From assembly GCA_013239625.1 (NCBI GenBank), contig MU053561.1:1514624-1534623 (forward strand): 20,000 nucleotides of DNA. Direction: 5' to 3'. The stretch comes from Lama guanicoe (taxonomy: Eukaryota). Each line of letters opens with the position of its first letter. The stretch's first letter is position 1. This document shows, piece after piece, positions 9,863 to 20,000 of the stretch. A program made the position numbers and the translations under genes. The notes under the pieces are model-generated. The model searched no databases. It was given only the letters and a program-made list of their open reading frames with translations, and was not told the origin of the DNA.

Positions 9863-11256
9863 TTTTTTATTGAGGTATGGTTGATTTGTAATATTATATG
9901 AGTTTCAGGTGTACAACATAGTGATTCAAAAATTTTATAGATTATACTCCATTTAAAGTTATAAAATATTGGCTATATTCCCTGTACTATACAACATATC
10001 CTTGTAGCTCATTTATTTTATACACAGTAGTTTGTACCTCTTAATCCTCTACCCCTATCTAACCCTCCCCGCCTTTCCTCTCCCCACTGGTAACCACTAG
10101 TTTGTTCTCTGTATCTGTGAATCTGTTTCTGTTTTTATATATTCATTCATATGTTTATTTTTTAGAATCTACATATAGGTGATAACATACAGTATTTGTC
10201 TTTTTCTGTCTGACTTATTTCACTAAGAATAATACCCTGCAAGTTCACCCATACTGTTGTGAATGGCAAAAATTTTTTATTCTTTTTAATGACTGAGTAG
10301 TATTCCATTATACATATAAGTATACATATATATACATATATACTTATATGTATAATGGAATACTACTCAGTCATTATATATATATATTTATATATGTACA
10401 TATATACCACATCTTCTTTATTCATTCATCTGATGATGAACATTTAGTTTGCTCCCATGTCATGGCTATTGTTAACAGTGCTGCTATGAACATCCAGGTG
10501 CATGTTTCTTTTTGAATTAGTGTCTTCACTTTCTTTGGCTGTATACCTAAGAGTGAAATTGCTAGACCATATATAGTTCTATTTTTAACTTTCTGAGGAA
10601 ACTTCATACTGTTTTCTACATTGGCTGCACCAATTTACACTCCCACCACCAGTGTACAAGTGTTCTCTTTTCTCCGCAGCCTGGCCAATATTTGTTATTT
10701 GTGGTCTTTTTAATGATAGCCATTCTGACAGGTTAAGGTGATATCTCATTTTGGTTTTGATTTACATTTCTCTCATGATTAGCTAAGTTGAGCTTCTTTT
10801 CATGTACCTGCTGGCCATCGGTATGTCTTCTTTGGAAAAATGTCAGTTCAGGTCTTTTGCCCATTTTTCAATCAGGTTATTTATTTACTTATTTATATAC
10901 TCAAATATATATATATTTGGTATTGAGTTGTATGAGCTGTTTATAAATCTTGGACATTAACCCCATGTCTGTCATATTATTTGCAGATATATTCTACCAT
11001 TCAGTAGGCTGTATTTTCATTTTGTCAGTGATTTCCTTGGCTCTGCAAAAGTTTTTAAGTTTAATTAGGTTCTATTTATTTGTTTTTGTTTTTGTTTTGT
11101 TTGCCTTACGAGACAGATCCAAGAAAAAGATTGCTATGATTTATGTCAAAGAGTGTTCTGCCTATGTTTTCTTCTAGGAATTCTGTGGTTTCTGGTCTTA
11201 AATTTAAGTCTTTAGTCCATTTTAAGTTTACTTTTGTATATGGTGTAAGAAAATGT
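9863..11256 (-). mobile_element. 5'-truncated LINE-1 (ORF2 C-terminus plus 3' UTR), about 1.4 kb
   Basis: Minus-strand ORFs give L1 ORF2 peptides [40 protein letters not shown] (11106-11291) and AISLLGIQPK..TLIQKETCTWMFIAALLTIAMTWEQTKC (10422-10607). A T-tract and L1 3' UTR start at 9863. The reading frame is broken. Confidence 0.95.
10287..10376. repeat. Inverted repeat with perfect 38-bp arms and a 14-bp TA-rich spacer
   Basis: 10287-10324 (taatgactgagtagtattccattatacatataagtata) is the exact reverse complement of 10339-10376. Confidence 0.96.
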
Positions 11257-11589
11257 GATAAGACTTTTGCTGGGAAGTTAACAACAGACATTGGCTGATT
11301 GAATGTATGCAGTGACTGTTGTTAACCAAAAGACAGACTAGGGAAATTAAATGGGTACTTCCATGTTAGAAACATTGTGTATTGATAAAGAGATTAATTG
11401 CAATGACACAAAATATAATTTTTAAAAATAAGAAAAAATGAGACAGTAAGAGTGGTTCTAGCAGGGTCAGAAAGAGCAAGATAGATACTAATTATTTCTT
11501 AAAATCCCAGACTTGGTCTGTACAAGATACAGCACAGAAAATAAGAGCAAAAGTGTATACATTTACATTGGAAAGGGCACTCGTGACAA

Positions 11590-11790
11590 AAGGGCACAGA
11601 GTACCTTGCAGCTCTGCCCCTTATAAGGGTGAGTCCTTATACAAGCCCTGAGCCCTCAGACCTCTGTTTTCACAGCTATGTACTCTGAGGACAGTGTTAT
11701 TTACATTACTTCCATGAGAAGCAGTCTAAAGTTTTAGTTTTCTTCTATAAATTGGATCACAAGTAATTTATAAAATGTCTAGCACGTTGA
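11590..11790 (+). mobile_element. Degenerate MIR SINE
   Basis: 'cagctctgccccttataagggtgagtccttatacaagccctgagccctcagacctctgttttcacagctatgta' follows the sense MIR layout. Confidence 0.45.
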
Positions 11791-13900
11791 TATTTATTTG
11801 ACCAATGAAAGTTTTATACAAGTATGAGATGGTTATTACAATAACAGTATTGACTTTTTCTCAAATAAAATTAACACACACTCCTTTTCTGTTTTGGATG
11901 TCACTATGGCAATAATCCTAATTGTATCACATTTTGTGAAAGGATCCCCTCAGATCTCCCACCCTCAAACACACCTTCACAAAGCCATTCTTTTCTTTCC
12001 CCAGCACTGATAAAGCCATTTGAATACTGAACTGTTAACTTCGAGAGAGTCACATACTTTCGTGACTGCGTTATTGAAAGTAATTGTCCAGAGAGCCTGA
12101 GTTTGCTGGCATACTAATTTATTCTCATAGCATATATGTATGATGTTTTACAATGTAAAAGAAAAGAAAATTTAAATGTATGATTCTATTTTAATAGTAC
12201 AAGAATTACATAAAACAGGTATAATCTGCTCTATTTTACCTTTGAGGGATGTGATGTCAAGAGAAAGTGATTTGTCCAGACTTCTTATCAGTCAGCCAGA
12301 CTGAGATGATTTGAAAAATCTCTCCCACATCAAATGCATCAAATCCACCCCCCAAATACAGCAGGGACAGTTGAATATAGAGCCAAAATCAAGAAATGAA
12401 AATCTCCAGGTGCCAGAAAGGATGAGAGAATTTCTTGATTTTCTCAAATTAAAGAAGTGGTACAAATGCTGAGGGACCCAGAGGGAAATTCACTGAGAAA
12501 TGCACAGAGGAATTCAGGAGTCTGGCCCAGGGAGAGAGTGAGCAGCAGGGATGTTTTTAGAATCCACTTGGAACTATAGGTAGAAAATACATGAGAACTG
12601 GAAACCCAGGCTTATACAGTATGTGGGTATGAGGTTCATGAAACCATATGGCTAAAGTTACCTCAAAATGAGAAGTTAACTTGAAAACTGGAGTGAATCC
12701 AGGGAAGTCATGGAGAATAGTATATAGGGGCATTCCCACATCCCCAGACACACTAAACTCCAACAGAAAGCATTTTGTGCTGAAAATGATGTTAAAGTAC
12801 AAGAATGGTAAATCTTATGATTAAATTAGCATTCAGGAGAGACAGCAGACACTTACAAGAGACAGCACACCACAAACTAGAGATAATACAACAATCTGAA
12901 TAAAGCTATGTCTAAAATGGTCACACGGGTATAACAATGAATTCAACTTAAAGGAGAAACAATATTTTGAAAAGAAAGAAAAAATAAATTTGAGAAATAA
13001 GTGATTAGAATTCTGTAGATGGAAAATATAGTCATTGATGTGAAAAGCTGAATCTGTGGCTTAATTAACAACTAGATACAGCTTAAGATAAAATTAGTGA
13101 ATTAGAGCACACATCCAAGGGCATCACACAGAAAATCAGCAAGGAAAGAATAATGGGGTAGAAAATATAAAAGAGAAATAAAGAGACAAAAAAGAAAGAA
13201 TTGAAATTTTGTTTATTCAAGTTCCAGAAGGAAACAAGAGAAAGAAGAAAAAGAAAATTTTGAAAGACAATGGATATGATTTTTCAGACTTGAAAAAAGA
13301 TGTGATTCCACACATTGAAGAAGCACACCGAGTTTTGAGCAGGATATATAAAGATAAATTCACACCTAGTTAGGTGTAGAGCATTAAAACCCTCAAAATC
13401 TATCAGAGAGAAACTACAGGTTACTTACAAAGGAATGGCAGTAGAATGACAGAATAATTCTGAACAATGGCAGCAGATGCAAGTTTAAAGTAGAATAAGT
13501 ATCTTAAAGGGGCTGAGGAAGAGTAAATCCACCAAGAATTCTATAAGCAGTTAAAACATCCTCAAAGAATGAGCATAAAAATGACATTTTCAGACAAAAA
13601 AGACTACTGTTACTACTCCCAGATCCATGCTAAGAAGAGATTTATAAAAGATACAGTTTAGCAAAATGAAAATTTAATATGGAAGGAAAGAATAGAAAAA
13701 ACCAAGATGTACAGGTAAGCAAAGAGATTGGTAAACATGCTGTTAAATCTAAATATTTGGTATCTGTTTAAAAAGTGGTAACGACCAATGGGAATTAGGT
13801 TTAAATCAATTTGGAACTAAAATTTTAGGCAATAATAACATGAAAGCGTCAAACTAAAGATATTGGTTAACTTTAATTATGCATGTGAAAAACATAAAGG

Positions 13901-14019
13901 CATGAATGTACCAAGATATATGTACCCACTCTACTGTTGCTAGACATTTAAGTTGTTTCCAGTTGGGGTTATGAATATTGCTATCAACATTCTTTTGCAT
14001 CTCTTTGGATGCACGTATG
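13901..14019 (-). mobile_element. L1ME-like fragment, inverted segment
   Basis: The reverse complement reads 'caaagagatgcaaaagaatgttgatagca...ccccaactggaaacaacttaaatgtctagcaacagtagagtgg...tggtacattcatg', the end of L1ME ORF2. Confidence 0.75.
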
Positions 14020-14358
14020 ACACTATATGGAAATGAATGAAATACAGCCTTTCATAACAACAAAGATTAAACTCACAAGAAAGCATATATACCCTATTAT
14101 CTCATTTTTTTAAGTGCTAAAACTAACAAAACTAGTTTATTGGTTTATTGGAAGTCACAAGTGGTTACCTTTGAGGAGGAGGGAAGGGGTAGTGCCTGGT
14201 AGGGACACCGGGGGTCTCCTGGAGTATGAGGAATTTTCTATTTCTTGATGATTGTTACCTGACTATTACATGGCTTTACTCATTTTATGATAATTCATGT
14301 AGTTGTATAATTATTACATATACATTTTTCTGTATGTGTATTATAGTTCAATAAAAAG
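14020..14358 (+). mobile_element. L1ME-like 3' UTR with poly(A) signal
   Basis: 'gaaatgaatgaaatacagc', 'gtggttacctttgagg', 'ttctatttcttgat', 'tttttctgtatgtgtattatagttcaataaaaag' are typical of the L1ME3-type 3' end. Confidence 0.8.
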
Positions 14359-14676
14359 TAGTTTATTAATGCAAGGTTACCACCACAATAATATAAATAA
14401 ATGATAAAATTTTAAACTCAGTAAAGTAGGAAAAGGAATAATAAATGTGATTGAAGAACAGAAGACAGAAAAGAAGAAATAAAAATAAATAGAAAAAAGA
14501 CAAAATACTATGGCAGAAATACTAGTGGATCAAGAATCACAAGAAATGTGAGTGGAATTGCATAGCTACTAAAAGACAAAAATTATGAAATTGGTTTTTT
14601 TAAGTAGCTAAATATTATTTATGAGAAACACAGTTAAGATGGACAGAATGGTTCAGAATGAAAGATGCTAATAAAA

Positions 14677-15184
14677 TTTATTTGTTTTCTATTGCTGCTT
14701 TAACAAATTACCACAAACTTAGTGGCTGAGAGGAAAATGAATTTATTATCTAACAGTTCTGCAAGGTTAAAAATCCAACGTGGGTCTTCGCTAAAATCAA
14801 GGTGTAGGCAGGGTTGTGTTCCTTTCTGGAGGCTCCTTGCCTTTTCCATCTTCTAGAGGCTGCCCACATTCCTTGGATCGTGACCCTCCCTCCCCGTCCT
14901 CAAAGACAGCAACACTGGTTGGGTCTGCCTCTTATCGCATCATTCTGACTTTTCTCCTGTCATTAAGTCTCTCTCTGACTCTCTCCTGGGCCTCCCACTT
15001 TGACTTGTAAGCATCGTTGCGATTACATTACACAAGATAATCTCCCTGTCGTAAGGTCATCTAACTAGCAGCCTCAGTTCCATCTGCTGCCTTAATTTCT
15101 CTTTGCCTTGTAATACAACGTGTTCACAGGTTCCAGGGATTAGGACAGGGACATCTTTGGGAGATGCGTATTCTTCATACCACA
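14677..15184 (-). mobile_element. MaLR solo LTR, MLT1 (MLT1D-like), near full length
   Basis: Begins 'ttctattgctgctttaacaaattaccacaaacttagtggct', contains 'ctaaaatcaaggtgtaggcaggg...ttctagaggctgcccacattccttgg', and ends 'ttcacaggttccagggattaggacagggacatctttggg...taccaca'. Confidence 0.9.
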
Positions 15185-16384
15185 GATATAGTTGGCAAAT
15201 AGTCACCAAAGAAACCTGGTATGGTGATGGTTATAATAATATTTAAGTCAAAATAGTAGGGAAAAGGGAGAAACTGCATAATGATAAAATGTACAAAGAA
15301 AATATACAATGTGATTGGTCCACTAGAAGTCCCAAGACTTGGACCCAAATTTTGTGTCTGCTGGTCCAGTGTTTCTATGAACAAAATTCTCTAAAGAACA
15401 TAGACTAATAGAAGGTTGTACGTAAAGCCCACTGTGTGAGTGCTGGTAAATTTCTTGCCCCAAATGAAAATAATAATTACGACCTCGACCACAGGGCTGT
15501 TGTAAAAAATACCTTAGGGTTGAGGCACACTGCAGCTATAGCTATCATGTAAATGTTAAATAAAAATAATATTTCCTGTATTCTTACTAGGGTTGGGCAA
15601 ATCCAGATGTATATTGTACTTTTCACATATTTCAAAATATTTTCAAATGTTTTGGTTTTGGTTCAATAAAAACCTCAAGTACATTTTGCCAAGTGCTTTT
15701 TCCATTAATTATTCAATCCATTTGTATTTCAAGGGAAATTCAGTCCACATGTTTCTAATTCATTTAGCACTAACTCATCAAAATATTGTTTCAGTGCTAT
15801 TTTCTGTCCAAAAGGCTTTTCAAGCCCTCCCCCCCTTTTTTTTATTTCTTAGAAACAAGAAGATACAGTTTTCCAAAGGCATGGCCTAATAAACTACCAA
15901 AAGGTTTACTAAACTGCAGCTAGAATTCGAGTTTGAAAATCTGTCAGTCTGCGCTGGCCCCGTCACCTCTCTCAGCTTCTCCCTGATTTCGTTGCCTTTT
16001 TCTTTCTTTTGATCAGTTTCTTCTTTGTTCCCATTGACCCTCTACAGATTTCAGGTTTTCTATCACCAAGGTTCATAGGCCTGCAGACACCTTAATCCTC
16101 TTGCTGAACCCCTCCCTTTTAATGAAAACCTTCCAAGACTGGGGCCAATGAAATAGTGGATTCATACTCCCTTCCAAAATATCCTCATGGGGGCTGTGGC
16201 AAACCTTAAAAATAGATACATTTTAAAAAATCTGATCTTTTTAAGTGTGTACTTTGTGTGTGTGTGATACCTTATGTGCGATTAATGTTGTCTTAACTCA
16301 ATAATGCCTAAAGGGTGAGAAACTTGATAGTATATTCTTTGTGAGTTGTCCAAAAACAGCAAGAACTGTGCTTAAGAGTGAGTT

Positions 16385-16767
16385 CCCACATCATTTGTGG
16401 GGATCCTTCTTACCAAAAAGGTTTACCTTGAATCTGATCACAAGGAGATTGTGGAGCATTCTACAAGACAACTTGTCTGTACTCTTAAAATGTGAATGTC
16501 ATGAAAGACAAATAAAAGCTATCAGGAAACTCTTCTAGTTAAAGGAAATTAAAGAGATAACTACATGCAGTAAGTTATAGCTGACTGGATTCTGGAGTTT
16601 AGGAAGATATCAATAGGGACATTTTGAGAGAATTGGCAGAAACTTGAATGTATTACATTTCTTGGGTGTGATAATGACATTGTGGTAATACAGAAGTGTT
16701 CATATTCATATATACATATATATGAAGAGAGAGTAAATATAGCAAAATGTTATACTTGGTAAATCTA
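16385..16767 (+). mobile_element. L1MC4/L1MC5-like 3' UTR fragment
   Basis: 'cttaccaaaaaggtttaccttgaatctgatca', 'cattctacaagacaac..tgtactcttaaaatgtgaatgtcatgaaagacaaa', 'tgataatgacattgtggt', 'gcaaaatgttatacttggtaaatct'. Confidence 0.78.
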
Positions 16768-16840
16768 CATACACCTACCCACACATACACACCCACAACT
16801 ATACATATGCACACCCACATACACATATTCATACTTACTC
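16768..16840. repeat. CA-rich low-complexity tract
   Basis: catacacctacccacacatacacacccacaactatacatatgcacacccacatacacatattcatac. Confidence 0.7.
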
Positions 16841-16926
16841 AGGTACTCACAAACAGAGGAAATGTGTAAGAGACTCCTCTGCAGATTTTTACAAACCTAT
16901 CTTAAACGAGAAATCAGTCTTCCCCC

Positions 16927-18010
16927 TTTTTTTAATTGAAGTACAGTTGATTACAATATTGTATCAGTTCCAAGTATATAGCAGAGTGATTCAGTTATGT
17001 ATATTTTCAGATTCTTTTCCACTTTGGTTATTGTAAGAGATTGACTGTAGTTCCTTCTGCTACACAATAAGTCACTATTGTTTATTTTATATATAGTAAT
17101 GTATCTCTTAATCCCTTACTCCTAATTTATCCCTCCCCTGCTTTCCCCTTTGGTAACCAAAAGTTTATTTTTTGTATCTGTAGGTCTGTTTCTGTTTAGT
17201 ACATAAATTCATTTGTATTATTTTTTGGATTCCACATATAAGTAATATAATATTTATCTTTCACTGACTTACTTCACTGAGTATTATATTCTCTAGGTCC
17301 ATCCATATTGCTGCAAATGGTATTATTTCATTTTTATATAGCTGAGTTATATTCCATTGTATACATATACCACATCTTCTTTATCCATTCGAACACTTAA
17401 GTTGCTTCCATATATTGGGTATTGTAAATAGTACTGCTGTGAACATTGGAATGTATGTATCTTTTCGAATTTGAGTTCCCTCTGGACAAATGCCTAGGAG
17501 TGGGATTGCTAGATCACATGGTAGCTCTATTTTTTGTTTTGTAAGAAAGTTCCATGCTGTTTTCCATAATGGCTGCATCAATTTCTCCACCAACAGTGTA
17601 GAAGGGTTCCCTTTTCTCCATACCCTCTGCAGCATTTATTACTTGCAGACTTTTTGATGATAACCCTTCTGACTGGTGTGATGTGATATTTTGCTGTAGT
17701 TTTGACTTGCATTTATCTAATAATTAGGAATGTTGAGCATCTTTTCATGTGCCTGTTGGTTATCTTTATGTCTTCTTTGGAGAAATGTCTGTTTAGGTCT
17801 TCTGCCTGTTTTTTGATTGGGTTTTTTTTTATATATTGAGTTGTATGAGCTGTTTGTATATTTTGGAAATTAACTCCTTGTCAGTCACATCATTTGAAAA
17901 TATTTTCTCCCAATCTGTAGGTTGTCTTTTCATTTTGTTCATTGTTTCCTTTGCTGTGCAAAAGCTTTTATATTTCATTAGGTCCCATTTTTTAATTTTT
18001 TTGTTTGCCC
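16927..18010 (-). mobile_element. 5'-truncated LINE-1 (ORF2 C-terminus plus 3' UTR), about 1.1 kb
   Basis: ORF 17381-17635(-) [61 protein letters not shown] is the L1 ORF2 C-terminus. A T-tract and 3' UTR 'tttaattgaagtacagttgattacaatattg' are present. It is collinear with the L1 at 9863-11256. Confidence 0.95.
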
Positions 18011-18462
18011 TTTTTTAAATATAAACATTTAGATCTTTGAGTTTGTTTCACCACATTATGCCAAGTTTAATATGTATAAATGTTAGTTATTGATAATAAT
18101 GTTGCAAATGCATATTGCTATATGCATGGATAGGCACTGTAAAACAGGAATTCTCAATGGAGTGATGGGCTTTCAAAAGACTAAGGGCCACCTGAAAGCA
18201 TGTGTAGATACATTTTTTCATGGTAGAGTATACATAATTTTTGTCAGATGTACAAAGGAAGCTTTAAGAGATTTTTTAACTGCTTGAAGAAGTATCTAAT
18301 TGAGTATTTTTGTTCATTAAGAGAAACCTTAGACAAACCTCTGATTTGTCATTGCTAATGCTGTGGCATTTTTATACCAAGAAATTCACAGTAGCTAGTG
18401 GAAGTCCTTCAGTAAAATTGAAGTCTTTTCACCAGCTACACACATTAGGTGTCAACATGCAT

Positions 18463-18555
18463 AGAGACTGCTCTTTGAGAAGCTCAACACAGTGGTAAGA
18501 TTTTTAAACAGAGACTGCTCTTTGAGAAACTCAAGACGTGGTAAGATTTTTAAAC
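18463..18555. repeat. Tandem duplication, 47 + 46 bp
   Basis: agagactgctctttgagaagctcaacacagtggtaagatttttaaac (18463-18509) and agagactgctctttgagaaactcaagacgtggtaagatttttaaac (18510-18555) differ by 2 substitutions and a 1-nt indel. Confidence 0.95.
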
Positions 18556-19467
18556 AATCACTTCACATACCAGGAAAAGGAAAGATAGTGGAAAGCGAGG
18601 TGGCCAAGCAGTGGCTGGGCTTGTACATTTTAAAGATTGCAGCATGCAGCCCCCCAGAGTATGAAAGGAGAACTGACTGTGCCTCCTAATTAGAATTAAC
18701 CTCAGCAATGTGACTTTTGTTTTGGAAGGGGATTTGGGACATCACTGGTTTATGGGACATAATTGTACACCAGGTGGTCCTAGTTAGGTGAGAGATTTTA
18801 TGTAAAAATAATCCTTCTTTGGCTTTATTCAACACAATAAAACCACTAAGACGTTTTCCCATATGAAGTATTTCTACAGGCACATTCAAAATGTTAATCC
18901 CCATTTTTATATGCATTTTTCATGACTCCTAAGAAGTTTACCAGGTTGGGAAATTTGCAAAAACTGGTCCCTTGACAAACTCATGGGATGCTTTTTACCA
19001 TAATAGATCTGTTTTGTTTTCATGTGAGCCCAAAGTACTTTCATAACATCCCTCATTATGGCATCACAAATAGGATCAAATATTGTTATCCTAACCTTAC
19101 AAATGAAGGCAAAGGTCTCACGGTAACTTTTAAAGGCTATCAAATTCTGAGTTAGTATTGCACCTTCATTCACCTGGGGTGAACATTCTAGAATTTTGTC
19201 CATGCTGAAAATTCTTTGTAATACAAATTTCTATTTATGAAAGTAGATAATGAGCAGTTTTATGGTACAAATACAGAATCATATAATACATATTATGCAT
19301 ATAGATGTATATGTGAATACATCTATCTGTAATACAATACTTGACATTTGGAGCAATCATCCGAGGCCCTGAGCATCTCTGAAGTGTCTGCAGAATCTTC
19401 ACTGAAAGGTAAAAGCCAGGCTCAGAAGAGTTTAAGTCTCCCAGAGCTTGGTGGAGTGGAAATATTT

Positions 19468-19582
19468 CAGACCTGGATTTGAATTCTGAAGTCATCTTTA
19501 TTATTTATGTGATCTTAAGAAAAATTATTTAGTCTCTCTGAGCTTTATATGTTTCCTTACGGTGTTTTTATGAGGATTAAAA
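19468..19582 (+). mobile_element. MIR SINE fragment
   Basis: 'tcagacctggatttgaattctg...tgtgatcttaagaaaaattatttagtctctctgagctt...tgaggattaaa'. Confidence 0.65.
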
Positions 19583-20000
19583 GAGGCATCTTTTGATTGC
19601 TCTCATTCAGTTAGATTATTCAATTAGTCCTTTTGCTAACATGCCTCATAGTAGAGTTCACCTACCTCATGGCCATTTAAAATAGAAATATATACTTTCT
19701 TCTCTATTTCAAGTGCCAGTCATCCATATGAGTACATATGGATATTTTCGGCTGAGCAAAAAGAATGAAACTACAGCTTTTGTTCATGTCCTATACCACA
19801 TTAGTAAAAGTGTCAGGAAACAGTACATATGATTAATGCTGCTGAAATAGGCAGGAAATTATTCAGGTGGATTCAATCAACTCAGCCAAACATATAGGTA
19901 GCTTATTAAAATTTAGACAAAAGTCTACAGGCACTTAATACATAACGATGACTCTAGACCTAAATTTAGAGTGCCCCCCACCCCCATGCACCCCGGCCCC

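Larger units (their letters stand above)
12330..15310 (+). mobile_element. Ancient L1M 5' region (5'UTR, ORF1, inter-ORF, ORF2 endonuclease start) with nested insertions
   Basis: ORF1-like text lies at 13020-13700 ('actagatacagcttaagataaaattagtgaattaga', 'gttccagaaggaaac', 'attgaagaagcacaccgagt'). ORF2-start-like text lies at 14510-14676 ('aatcacaagaaatgtgagtgga...taaaagacaaaaatt...gagaaacaca') and resumes at 15185 ('gcaaatagtcaccaaagaaacctgg...cataatgataaaa'). Confidence 0.72.

Noticed and set aside
9850..11270. TSD of the first L1 (gctatgaccctttt versus gataagactttt)
   Set aside because: Only a partial match, too degenerate to call.
10422..11291. L1 ORF2-like ORFs as functional CDS
   Set aside because: Short, frame-broken remnants of a 5'-truncated L1. 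The same applies to 17381-17635.
13363..13378. Short inverted repeat acaccta-gt-taggtgt
   Set aside because: 7-bp arms are expected by chance in 20 kb.
14672..15189. 5-bp TSD around the MLT1 LTR
   Set aside because: The flanks taaaa and gatat do not match.

Overview
Mammalian non-coding (intergenic or deep-intronic), AT-rich DNA dominated by decayed transposable elements. It holds two 5'-truncated LINE-1 3' ends on the minus strand (9863-11256 and 16927-18010), whose 3' UTRs look laurasiatherian/cetartiodactyl rather than primate or rodent. It also holds an ancient plus-strand L1 5' region (5'UTR-ORF1-start of ORF2) with nested insertions, several L2 and MIR relics, LTR33-like and MLT1-like solo LTRs, a MADE2-like mariner MITE fragment, and simple repeats. 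No intact protein-coding gene is supported: the only ORFs I recognise are L1 ORF2 remnants. The most notable structures are a 29-nt 3'-truncated U6 snRNA retrocopy with a 13-bp target-site duplication, a 90-bp fold-back palindrome with perfect 38-bp arms inside an L1 3' UTR, a twin-priming-type inverted L1ME insertion, and two candidate cis-regulatory motif clusters. I see no evidence for a new biological system. Repeat family names come from remembered consensus sequences, not a database search, and old-repeat boundaries are approximate.
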